64,000 nt of DNA from contig DATGZO010000006.1 of the NCBI GenBank assembly GCA_035297105.1, forward strand, positions 5,415 through 69,414, in the 5' to 3' direction. The stretch is from Thermoplasmata archaeon. GTDB lineage: Archaea; Thermoplasmatota; Thermoplasmata; Lutacidiplasmatales; UBA184. Every line of letters begins with the position of its first letter. Position 1 is the first letter of the stretch. Position numbers and translations under genes: made by a program. The notes beneath the pieces were generated by a model, which worked only from the letters and a program-made list of their open reading frames with translations, searched no databases and was not told the DNA's origin. This document shows, one piece after another, positions 18,854 to 27,401 of this stretch.

Positions 18854-19285
18854 ATGAAATCTCCTCCCCGAGACTTTGGGATCTTGGGCTTCGACCACGT
18901 GGACGTCCGGGTCGCCAACCGGGCCAAGCTTTCCCGGTTCCTGGTGGAGCAGATGGGGATGGACGTGATCGGCGAGGGCGGGGACCACGTCTACCTGCTT
19001 TTCGGCGATCAGGTCTTGGGGCTGCACGACGCCAAGGAAGGAGAGAAACCGACGGGACTCGACCACATCGCGCTGCGCGTCAGCGAGTGGACGGGACTCA
19101 AGAGCCGGGTGGCCCGCGCGCGGGTCGCGATCACCGGGGAGAAGGAGCGGGAGGATTCTCGCTCGCTCTACCTGCGGGGGCCCGACGGGATCCGGATCGA
19201 GCTCGTCTGGCGCCCCGACCCCCATGCCCACTCGTGCCGGCACTCGCCCCCGAAGGCGCCGACTCCCGAAGAGTCCGACGAGTAG
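18854..19285 (+). CDS. VOC/glyoxalase family protein
   Basis: FDHVDVRV, LDHIALRV, YLRGPDGIRIEL. Confidence 0.9.
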   Translation: MKSPPRDFGILGFDHVDVRVANRAKLSRFLVEQMGMDVIGEGGDHVYLLFGDQVLGLHDAKEGEKPTGLDHIALRVSEWTGLKSRVARARVAITGEKEREDSRSLYLRGPDGIRIELVWRPDPHAHSCRHSPPKAPTPEESDE

Positions 19286-19297
19286 GGTCCTGGGCCG

Positions 19298-20251
19298 CTA
19301 CTTCCGGGCCCGTGCCATCGGCCGGACCAACGACGGGACCGGCGTGAGCCACTTGGCGTACTTCGGCTCCTCGCCTCCGATCGCCTTCTGGAAGACGGCG
19401 AGGATCTCCCTCGTGACCGGTCCGGGGGCACGCGCGCCGATGGGGAAGTGGCTGACCTCCTTGATCGGAGCGATCTCCGCGTACGTCCCCGTGAAGAACG
19501 CCTCGTCCGCGGTCAGGAGCTCGTTGACCGAGAGGAGCTTCTCGATCACCGGGTAGCCCAAGTCGGTCGCCATCTCGATGACGGATTTCCGCGTGATGCC
19601 GAGCAGGATATCCGACTCGAGGCCGGGCGTGTAGAGCTTTCCGTCGCGAACGAGGAAGATGTTCTCCCCGGAGCCCTCCGCCACGTAGCCGGCGTGGTCC
19701 AGGAGGATCGCCTCCTCATACCCGTCCTGTTGGGCGTCAATGCCGGCGAGGTAGCTCGACAGGTAGTTCCCCGACGCCTTCGCGAAGGAGGGGATCGCGT
19801 CGGAACGCGGCTTGCGGAAGGGCGAGATCTTCGCCCGCACGCCAGCCTCCGAGCCCTCGCCGAGGTACTTCTTGGCCGGGATCGCGGCGACCGCGAGCGA
19901 CACCTTCCCCTTCGAGTTCTTGACGCCGAGCGAGGGCTCGCCGCGATAGACGATCGGACGGATGTAGGAGGGAAGGACCTCATTGGCTGCCTGGGTGTCG
20001 ATGATCGCGCGCTCGATCTCCTCGGCGCTGTAGGGGATCTGCATGTGGTACATCTTCGCCGAGGTGATCAACCGGGCGACGTGGTCCGAGAGCCGGAAGA
20101 TCGCCGGCCCTCGCGTCGTCGGGTACGCCCGGATCCCCTCGAAGACCCCGACCCCGTAGTGGAACGTGTGGTTCAGGACGTGGACATGGGCGTCGGCGAA
20201 GTCCACGAGCCGGCCGTCCATCCAGACCTTGCGTCCCACCGCTGCCATCAT
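19298..20251 (-). CDS. ilvE: Branched-chain amino acid aminotransferase
   Basis: HYGVGVFEGIRAY, YIRP, AKASGNY (PLP Lys), EGSGENIF, LLGITR. Confidence 0.96.
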   Translation of the reverse strand: MMAAVGRKVWMDGRLVDFADAHVHVLNHTFHYGVGVFEGIRAYPTTRGPAIFRLSDHVARLITSAKMYHMQIPYSAEEIERAIIDTQAANEVLPSYIRPIVYRGEPSLGVKNSKGKVSLAVAAIPAKKYLGEGSEAGVRAKISPFRKPRSDAIPSFAKASGNYLSSYLAGIDAQQDGYEEAILLDHAGYVAEGSGENIFLVRDGKLYTPGLESDILLGITRKSVIEMATDLGYPVIEKLLSVNELLTADEAFFTGTYAEIAPIKEVSHFPIGARAPGPVTREILAVFQKAIGGEEPKYAKWLTPVPSLVRPMARARK

Positions 20252-20461
20252 TTGTTAGGACCCGACCGGGAACTCCGTGAGAACCCAATCGGCACTACAT
20301 TAAATCCTTAGACCTGCGCCGAGAGTGGTTGGGGCCATAGGAATAGCAAAATCCCCGTAGGACCTTCCTCGGCCCGCCTCGCCCGGGGGCCGGGACGGGG
20401 GGAGAGGGCGGCGGTGTACAGACCACCATCGGGGCTAAAGCCCGAACGCCATATCCCGCAC

Positions 20462-21640
20462 GTGCGTCGTTCTACCCGGATCAACCTCAGCTCGGACGAA
20501 CTGGCTCGACTCCGAGGCTGGGTCGATGACCCCGCGACCCCGGCCCGGGTCCGCGACCGGTCCCGCATCCTGCTCTGGTCGGCCGCCGGTCATTCCGACG
20601 CGGAAATCTCGACCGGACTCGGCAAGGACGTGGCCACGGTCGCGCTGTGGCGACGACGCTTCCTGCTGCATGGACTCTCGGGAGCGCTCCGCGATGCGCC
20701 CCGCCCCGGTCGGAGGCCCAAGCACCGGGACTCCCTCAACGACCGCATCCTCGACGCCACGTTCAACGAAACGCCCCCTCGCGGAGCGCGCTGGAGCACG
20801 CGCGCGCTCGCCCAACGGTTCGGGGTGAGCCACATGGTCGTCCAACGCCTGTGGCAGTCTCAGGGGGTCGGCGCCAAGACCTCGTACCGGATCCCGGATC
20901 GGTTGGCGGGCGCCCAGCTCCCGTTTGTAGACTTGCTGGGGGTTATACTTCAGCCACCAACGCGGGTCGTGATCATCGGCGTGGAGCTCACCGGGGAGTC
21001 GCGAATCGCCCACGTCGAACCGTTGTTCCAGACCTTGCGGACGGAGCTCTCCGGAGGGCATCTTTTCCACTCAGTCCGAGCCGACCCCGAGGACCTGATC
21101 GCGTTGCTCGACGGGTTCCATGAGATTCCGGCCGGTCCGCCGGGACGGCGTTTGCAGCTCGCCAATCTCCTCATCCTCCTCCGAGAAATTGATGAGCGGA
21201 CGAGCGCCACGACCAGGGTCCATCTGCTGGCCGAAGGTCGGGGCGCGGCGAAGGACCCCCGGCTCGCGGCCTGGATGCGCCTCCATCCGCGCTTTGTCCT
21301 GCACAACCTGCCGGTGGGTTCGGAATGGGAACGCGAGGTCGGCCGCTTCGTCCATCAGTGGCAGTCCGTGACACTTCGCACCGGCAGTTTTCAGGGCGTC
21401 TCCGCATTCACCCGGGCCGCAGCGAGGTTCGCGGCCCGTCCTCCCGTCCACCGCGACGGCATGGCATGGAGCATCGGACCGATGCTCGATCGCGCTACGC
21501 AGCTTCATGCGAGCGGATCGGCTGTCCCGCCCCTGCCCAATTCCACGCGGTCCGTGGACGGCACATCGGCTCAACCACCGCCCACGTCAGAGAATTCACG
21601 ACTTAGTGAGAAATTTTCGTTACGAACCGTGGGTCCTTAA
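20462..21640 (+). CDS. IS630-family transposase-derived protein with degenerate DDE triad (probable DNA-binding protein)
   Basis: Colinear with IS630 transposases (RSRILL, WRRRF, DAPRPGR, WSTRALA, HPRF). Catalytic sites read GVELT, LAEG and REVGR. No TIRs recognised; start inferred. Confidence 0.8.
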   Translation: MRRSTRINLSSDELARLRGWVDDPATPARVRDRSRILLWSAAGHSDAEISTGLGKDVATVALWRRRFLLHGLSGALRDAPRPGRRPKHRDSLNDRILDATFNETPPRGARWSTRALAQRFGVSHMVVQRLWQSQGVGAKTSYRIPDRLAGAQLPFVDLLGVILQPPTRVVIIGVELTGESRIAHVEPLFQTLRTELSGGHLFHSVRADPEDLIALLDGFHEIPAGPPGRRLQLANLLILLREIDERTSATTRVHLLAEGRGAAKDPRLAAWMRLHPRFVLHNLPVGSEWEREVGRFVHQWQSVTLRTGSFQGVSAFTRAAARFAARPPVHRDGMAWSIGPMLDRATQLHASGSAVPPLPNSTRSVDGTSAQPPPTSENSRLSEKFSLRTVGP

Positions 21641-21676
21641 TAAGCAGAACCCGTCCCCGCATTGCCCCTAGGGGCA
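21637..21676 (+). promoter_or_regulatory. TATA box and perfect 14-bp palindrome upstream of the TasA-like genes
   Basis: TTAATAA at 21637-21643; TGCCCCTAGGGGCA at 21663-21676 near the expected transcription start. Confidence 0.5.
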
Positions 21677-21709
21677 GAACCGGGAATCTAAGGAGTGAAG
21701 GAAGGAAGA

Positions 21710-22237
21710 ATGGTAGCAAGAGCATTGTGGACATCTATTTTGGTGGTCGGGCTGTTGGCCGTGGGCGGAATCGGCTTTGCCGCGTTCACCGCGACGTATC
21801 AGGTGAACGTGCAGGGCACCGCCGGCAACCTCTCGATCGCGATCGCGAATTACAACACTCAAGTGAGCAGCTCGTACGTCGGCTGCGTCGGGAGCATTTC
21901 GGGCACCTACCTGAACATCTCGGCGGGACCGTTCGCGCCAGGCGACTGGTGCCAGGTTTACGGGAACATCACGAACACGGGCAACGTGCCCGCGACCGTC
22001 CTCGCCAACTGGCCGCACAGCGGCATCGACGCGTGCTTCGTTTGGAATGTGACGTACCCGACGCACAACCCCAACGTGCCGCCCTCGGGCCACGGCCTCC
22101 TACCGGGCGCGATGGAAAAGTTCCAGTTCGCACTCGGCTTGAACGCGACGGCCGGCAACTCGTGTGAGAACCACGTGGCGACGGTGACGATGGACTTCAC
22201 CGCGACCTCGATGGCTCCGAGCGCGCCGTTCCCGTAG
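21710..22237 (+). CDS. TasA/camelysin-like secreted protein 1 (SipW-type signal peptide)
   Basis: h-region followed by GGIGFA|AFT, TAGNL, FAPGD and NTGN; 4 Cys; beta-rich; no C-terminal anchor. Confidence 0.75.
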   Translation: MVARALWTSILVVGLLAVGGIGFAAFTATYQVNVQGTAGNLSIAIANYNTQVSSSYVGCVGSISGTYLNISAGPFAPGDWCQVYGNITNTGNVPATVLANWPHSGIDACFVWNVTYPTHNPNVPPSGHGLLPGAMEKFQFALGLNATAGNSCENHVATVTMDFTATSMAPSAPFP

Positions 22238-22273
22238 GAAAGAGGCGGTAGCCGGAATCAAGCGGAGAAGAAA

Positions 22274-22789
22274 GTGGTAGCAAAAGCACTGTGGACTTCG
22301 ATCCTGGTCGTCGGACTCCTGGCCGTGGGTGGACTGGGCTTTGCGGCGTTCACCGCAACGTACCAGGTGAACCTCCAGGGCACGGCGGGCAACCTGAGCG
22401 TCGCCTTCGGGGACTCCAACATGATCACGAGCCAGTCGTACGTCGGCTGCTGGGTCTCTGGTGAGGGCAGCAGCTGGCTCAACGTCAGCGCGGGGCCCTT
22501 CGCCCCGGGCGACTGGTGTGAAGTGTTCGGCAATCTCACGAACACGGGGAACGTCCCCGCGACCGTGACGACGTCCGCGACCCTGACCGATCCGGCGGGT
22601 TGTTTCGAGTGGGCTCTCTTGGCCCCGGAGTCGAGCTCTGTCACGGTGGCCCCGGGCGGCACCGTCGCCTTCCAAGGCGCCCTCGAGCTCAACCCCGCCG
22701 ATGGAAACAGCTGCCAGAACACGGTCGGAACTCTGTCGGTCACCTTCACGGCGACCGCCGGCAACGGCAACGAGAACGGGCCCTTCTGA
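22274..22789 (+). CDS. TasA/camelysin-like secreted protein 2 (paralogue)
   Basis: Near-identical first ~42 aa to paralogue 1; same FAPGDWC, NTGNVPATV and 4 Cys. Confidence 0.75.
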   Translation: MVAKALWTSILVVGLLAVGGLGFAAFTATYQVNLQGTAGNLSVAFGDSNMITSQSYVGCWVSGEGSSWLNVSAGPFAPGDWCEVFGNLTNTGNVPATVTTSATLTDPAGCFEWALLAPESSSVTVAPGGTVAFQGALELNPADGNSCQNTVGTLSVTFTATAGNGNENGPF

Positions 22790-22815
22790 GCGTAGGCTCC
22801 GAGTCTCCAGCACGT

Positions 22816-22837
22816 CCAACCCCTTCCTTCCTTTCTT
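22816..22837 (+). terminator. Pyrimidine-tract terminator candidate
   Basis: CCAACCCCTTCCTTCCTTTCTT 26 nt after the stop; 20 of 21 nt identical to the tract at 30836. Confidence 0.55.
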
Positions 22838-22929
22838 ATCCTACGACGGGTAGCGGGACACCTTGACCGGAGCGGCCGTCTCCTCTCGAAGGCCCCGATC
22901 GGTCCTGGCTCCGGGCTCGGACTAGACCG

Positions 22930-24357
22930 ATGATCGACTCCACCGAGGTCACGATCCTCCTCGGGACGATCGTGTTCCTCGCCCTCGTGCCAGCCGCCTT
23001 CCGACACTCCTGGTGGCCCTGGTCGGCCGCCGCCATCACGGTCTTGCTGGCGATGTTATACGACGCGCTCAGCTCCCTCGCAGTGGGCTCGTGGTTCTAC
23101 CTCGGCTATGCGCTCTTCGCCACCGCACCCCTCCTGGTCTTCTTGGTGTACGTTCGGTTCGCCGAGCGCGCGCGCCCGTTCGCCTTCGGACTCACGCTCC
23201 CCCAGGGGCAGACCCGGCGGATGGTCGCGCTCGCCCTCGTCCTCGCCGGCGTGTACTTCGTGCTCACGCTTGAACCGGGCTTTCTCCAGGGATTCACGGT
23301 CCCGGGCCTTCTCGACCCGGAAACGTTCGCGGTCTTCTTCCTCACGACCCCGCTGATCGCACTGGGGCAGGAGGCGGTCTTCCGCGGGTACTTCCTCACG
23401 AAAGTGGCCGGTCGTCATCCGTTCCGGCACGCCCTGTTCGCTTCCTCGGCCCTCTTCGCCGTGGTCTCGTTGAACCCCTTCCTCTTCGCGGAGTTCTCGT
23501 TCATCAGCCAGGTCCCCACGCTCTTCCTGACGGTCGGTACCGGGTTCGTCCTCGGCATCTTCCTCGGCCTCTTCTTTTACAAGGCCCATTGGAGCCTCCT
23601 CGGCCCCTGGGTCTTCCGTTCGGTGGTACTCGGGATCTCGCTCCTCTTCCCGGTCGCGGTCCGGGGCTTGGGGTGGGAGACCGTCTTCGTGCTCGACCTG
23701 ATCGCGCTCACCGCCGTGATCGTGGTCGTGTTCGTCGGCCTGCGGGAGCCCCGGTTCGAGGCCCGCCACTACCTGGACGAACCGCTCCAGCCACGTCGAA
23801 GGACGCTGCTCGCGCGCGCCCGCGCGCGACGGCGGGCGATCCCTCTGGTCGTCGTGCTCGGGGTTGCGGTACTGCTCGTGGCGTTCGCCGGCCCGATCGG
23901 GTCCGTTACCTCCCGGGCGCCGGTTCGTGTTCTCGCCATCGAGACCGGCAGCATGGCGCCGACATTCGATCGGGGGACGCTCGTTCTCATCGAAACGGTG
24001 GGGGGGCCGTCCGACCTCGAGGTAGGGGACATCGTGGCGTACAACGCGCCGTATCTCTCCCCGAACGGACCCGTGGTCCACCGCATCGTCGCCATCCACT
24101 TGAACGGCTCCCAAGAAGTGTTCACGTTCAAGGGAGACGCCAACCCGAGCCCCGACCCACGCCCGGTCGTGTTCAGTCAAGTGGTGGGAAAGGTTGTGAC
24201 CTACGTACCTTACCTGGGCTACCTGGTGCTGAGCCCGGAGCTCTCCGTGTCGATCCTCTTGATGCTGGTCCTCTTCGGATTCTACCGGGGTTCGCCGGAC
24301 GCGACCCCGGTTCGCCGACGGCGACCCGTGTTCCCACTTCGGAGGGAGCGCGCATGA
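22930..24357 (+). CDS. Fusion of a degenerate CPBP (Abi/CAAX) membrane domain and an S26 SipW/ER-type signal peptidase I
   Basis: N-part multi-TM with QEAVFRG. C-part TGSMAP, GDIVAY, VVHRI, KGDAN..PDP (Ser/His type). Confidence 0.88.
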   Translation: MIDSTEVTILLGTIVFLALVPAAFRHSWWPWSAAAITVLLAMLYDALSSLAVGSWFYLGYALFATAPLLVFLVYVRFAERARPFAFGLTLPQGQTRRMVALALVLAGVYFVLTLEPGFLQGFTVPGLLDPETFAVFFLTTPLIALGQEAVFRGYFLTKVAGRHPFRHALFASSALFAVVSLNPFLFAEFSFISQVPTLFLTVGTGFVLGIFLGLFFYKAHWSLLGPWVFRSVVLGISLLFPVAVRGLGWETVFVLDLIALTAVIVVVFVGLREPRFEARHYLDEPLQPRRRTLLARARARRRAIPLVVVLGVAVLLVAFAGPIGSVTSRAPVRVLAIETGSMAPTFDRGTLVLIETVGGPSDLEVGDIVAYNAPYLSPNGPVVHRIVAIHLNGSQEVFTFKGDANPSPDPRPVVFSQVVGKVVTYVPYLGYLVLSPELSVSILLMLVLFGFYRGSPDATPVRRRRPVFPLRRERA

Positions 24358-25397
24358 GGTTCGCGGCCCTGCTTCTGGTCGCCCTTTCCCTCCTGCTCGT
24401 GGTCGCGCTGTACGCCGAGGTGAGCATCGATGCGAGCCCCACTCAGACGACGACGTCGGGCACCCTTCTTTCGTTCTCGACCACCACCAACTTCGATTAC
24501 CGGGCGACGCTTCGCCCCAACACCCTCTTCGGCAATGGAACGCTCGGCCCGGGCGGGGGTGCCCTCTACGAGAGTCTCGTCCTTCGGCTCGACCTGACGT
24601 ACTCGTACTGGCTCAACCTGAGCGCGCCGGCGAACGTGACGTGGGGAGCCGGGTTCTCCGTTACCATCGCGGTGCCGGGCCAGTGGACGTACACCCTCAA
24701 CTACAGCAAGCAGGTTCTCCCTCCCGAGGTCTACACCACCTCCGCCCCGTTCCACGACGACACGGAAGTTGCGTTGCCGCCCTTGCTGAGCCTTCTCTCC
24801 ACGTTCCAGAACGAGACGCGGTCCAACCCCTCGAGCTACGACCTCAACTTCACGGCGTACGAGGTGGCGGCCATTCAGTACGACAACCTCCCCGCTCACT
24901 CGGTGACGTACCCGGTCCTGACCTTCACGCTCGCCTCGGGGGAGCTCGTCCCGGGTCCCTTGTTCGCGAGCTCGAACGGCTCGATCCCGACGACCCTCCC
25001 AGTGACCGACTCTTCCCGCTCCACCAGCCTTGACCTCGCCATAGCGGCCTGCGTGATCCTCGCCGCCGGCGTGGGCATCGCGGCGGCCTTCACGCTACGT
25101 CCCCGGAACAAGAAGGTCGACGTCTCGGCCGAGGTCCGCTCGATGACCGCCGCCTACCAGGACGCCATCGCGACCACGTGGACCGCGCCGCGGAAGGAGA
25201 ACGTCGTAGTCATCCGCGACTGGGAGGACCTGATCCACGTGGCGGACATGTTGGGCAAACCGATCCTCCGGTACGTGCTGCGCAAGTACGACCCGCCCCG
25301 GCACTTCTTCTACGTACTCGACGGACAGGTCCAGTACATCTACCTCGTTCCGCGAGAGGGACGGCGGGCCGAGGAAGAGATCGCGGACCTCCCCTAA
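24354..25397 (+). CDS. DUF5305-like membrane-anchored protein
   Basis: Signal/TM helix, DYRATL..NTLF, beta-rich ectodomain, second TM, cytoplasmic WEDLIHVADMLGKPIL...YVLDGQVQYIY. ATGA overlap with the upstream gene. Confidence 0.75.
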   Translation: MRFAALLLVALSLLLVVALYAEVSIDASPTQTTTSGTLLSFSTTTNFDYRATLRPNTLFGNGTLGPGGGALYESLVLRLDLTYSYWLNLSAPANVTWGAGFSVTIAVPGQWTYTLNYSKQVLPPEVYTTSAPFHDDTEVALPPLLSLLSTFQNETRSNPSSYDLNFTAYEVAAIQYDNLPAHSVTYPVLTFTLASGELVPGPLFASSNGSIPTTLPVTDSSRSTSLDLAIAACVILAAGVGIAAAFTLRPRNKKVDVSAEVRSMTAAYQDAIATTWTAPRKENVVVIRDWEDLIHVADMLGKPILRYVLRKYDPPRHFFYVLDGQVQYIYLVPREGRRAEEEIADLP

Positions 25398-25503
25398 CGG
25401 AGGAGCATGAAGGCGCCACGTAGAATGAAATGCGCTTGGAAGAAATTTTGAGGGAACCCACTAAAATGGATTTGACTCCGGACTTATGTTCCTGCTCGAC
25501 TAA

Positions 25504-26745
25504 ATGGTTGCCAGGTCAATCGTTACACCCCCTCTACCAGTTTCGCGCCAAACCCTCCGAATCCGCCACACGGTTCTGAGTTCACCGTCGCATCCTTTTG
25601 AATTCTGGGCGTCATCGGGACGCTCACACCGCGACTGGCTGACGATAGTGCTGGCCGTTGGGATTGTCTTGTTTGTGAGTGTGTCAACCGCCGGAAATTG
25701 GGGCCACCAACTCCAACCTAAGAACGTTTGGGCTTCTCAGATGGGTCAAACGAACGCGGCGGTCAGTCCGAGTCTTTGCGGACCCCCGTGTCCGTATAGT
25801 TCGCTTCAACTCGTCTTGCCGCCCGCTCCGGTCACTGGCTATCTTGCGAACATCAAATTCAATGGTACCATCTACACTCAGGACACTATTCTGAACGTGT
25901 TGCCCGGTACCTATCCGGTTTCTTTCGTGAGCCTGTATTCAAGCAATCCTGGAGCTGCCTTCCTTAACTGGACCGTAGTGAGTGGTTCCGTCGGTAGCAC
26001 TACGTCCTCTTCCACCACCTTTACCATCCTTAGCGGCGGGCTTTCCCCGATCCTCACCCTGAACGTGTTTCTCGTGACCTCTGTCTGGGCGGGGTATGCC
26101 GTGGCGGGGCACGCTGGTACAGTAACGCAGGTCGCCGGTTCGTGGGTTCAGCCTACGATGGGATGCAACCTAACCAAGAGCAGCAAGTCGGGGGTCCAGT
26201 TCTCGACATGGGTGGGGTTGGATGGTCTGTGGTCGACGAACCCGTACATTGAACAGATTGGGACGGAAGCGGTGTGTTCTCCGGGCGGTGCAACTTCCTA
26301 TGGGGCCTGGTACGAATTCGGTAATGGAGTTTACCCAGGTTCGGTCGCCATTACAACCATCACGCCCCATCCAGCCGACGTATTCTCGGGAACGGTCGTA
26401 TATAATTCCGCGACCTCCAATTTCACGATGAGCCTAACGGACCTCACCACGCTGGCGAGCTTCTCGATCACCCAGCCCTGGTCCTCCGCTACCGAATCAT
26501 CCGCGGAATGTATTCTCGAGCAAACGCAACCTTACTTGGCGAGTGAGTTCTGGTTCGTGGGCCAAGCCGGTTTCGGAAGTATGCACACCGGGGTCACCAA
26601 CACTTGCGATGCATCTGTCCGCTCCGCTCTTTCTCCATTCAGCTCTTTCAACTACCTTACCGTCGAGTTCTATTCGGGTACGTCGCATCAGCAACTTTAC
26701 CCCACCCAGCTCGTAGGTGGAAGTTTCAATGTCAACCACGGCTGA
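25504..26745 (+). CDS. G1 family glutamic peptidase (eqolisin-like), secreted
   Basis: WAGY, WVGLDG, EQIGT (catalytic Gln), AWYE, SAECILE (catalytic Glu). Visibly more AT-rich than neighbours; start uncertain. Confidence 0.85.
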   Translation: MVARSIVTPPLPVSRQTLRIRHTVLSSPSHPFEFWASSGRSHRDWLTIVLAVGIVLFVSVSTAGNWGHQLQPKNVWASQMGQTNAAVSPSLCGPPCPYSSLQLVLPPAPVTGYLANIKFNGTIYTQDTILNVLPGTYPVSFVSLYSSNPGAAFLNWTVVSGSVGSTTSSSTTFTILSGGLSPILTLNVFLVTSVWAGYAVAGHAGTVTQVAGSWVQPTMGCNLTKSSKSGVQFSTWVGLDGLWSTNPYIEQIGTEAVCSPGGATSYGAWYEFGNGVYPGSVAITTITPHPADVFSGTVVYNSATSNFTMSLTDLTTLASFSITQPWSSATESSAECILEQTQPYLASEFWFVGQAGFGSMHTGVTNTCDASVRSALSPFSSFNYLTVEFYSGTSHQQLYPTQLVGGSFNVNHG

Positions 26746-27401
26746 AGGATTCCTATCGAATACGTGAGTCGGTGGATTTCGAATTCCCACATCGACTGAC
26801 GCGTGCCGAGGCCATACCCCCCACATCTATCGGGCTACCAGCCTTGAGACATCAAGGCACAGCGTGATCCTTACCGCTCGAGAGGCCAACCCGGGATTGT
26901 GCCGCCCCGACCTCGCCCTGATTCCGCGGCGCTCGCGACTGTTGAGAGTGCGGAGGGGAGTGTCCCCTCCGCCCCCTTGTGGAGGGGATCGGTCCCAGGT
27001 TTCGGATCGACGGATTGGAATCGATTGACGCAAAGTAGGCACCTCGTAACTTCGTTGGCCGGCTATCACCCCACTTTGGTGTGGTCTTCTGGCGTGGCGT
27101 TTTGCTTGGGGACGCCGGCCCTCCCCCTCGAAGGAACGGGGAAAGACCTTCACGACTTTCAGGTTCAGGCCCGCGAAAAAGCCCAGACCGCGCCGGTCCG
27201 GCGAGCGATCCAGGCGGCAGGTCGGTTCGACCGGATCTCACCGAAGCGCAGACGATGAGCCCCTGACGCATCCACGTCCACGGAGGCGAGGTGGGAAATC
27301 GGGCGGCTCTAGAAGGTCTTGCGAATTGAGGGAAACTTGTTTGCAGAATTTGTGGTGCGGACGGTTGTTAAATAGGGTGCGAGATTCGCGCGTGCCGGAA
27401 T

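Noticed and set aside
20414..21640. Active IS630 insertion sequence
   Set aside because: No recognisable TIRs or target duplication and the DDE residues are substituted; treated as a derived gene.
26768..26797. GTGGATTTCGAATTCCCAC resembling a tRNA T-arm or att remnant after the G1 gene
   Set aside because: Stem-loop geometry does not fit, no cloverleaf and no partner repeat were found; more likely a simple hairpin.
26899..27258. 119-aa ORF between the G1 peptidase and thermopsin 1
   Set aside because: No recognisable motif or convincing start signals.
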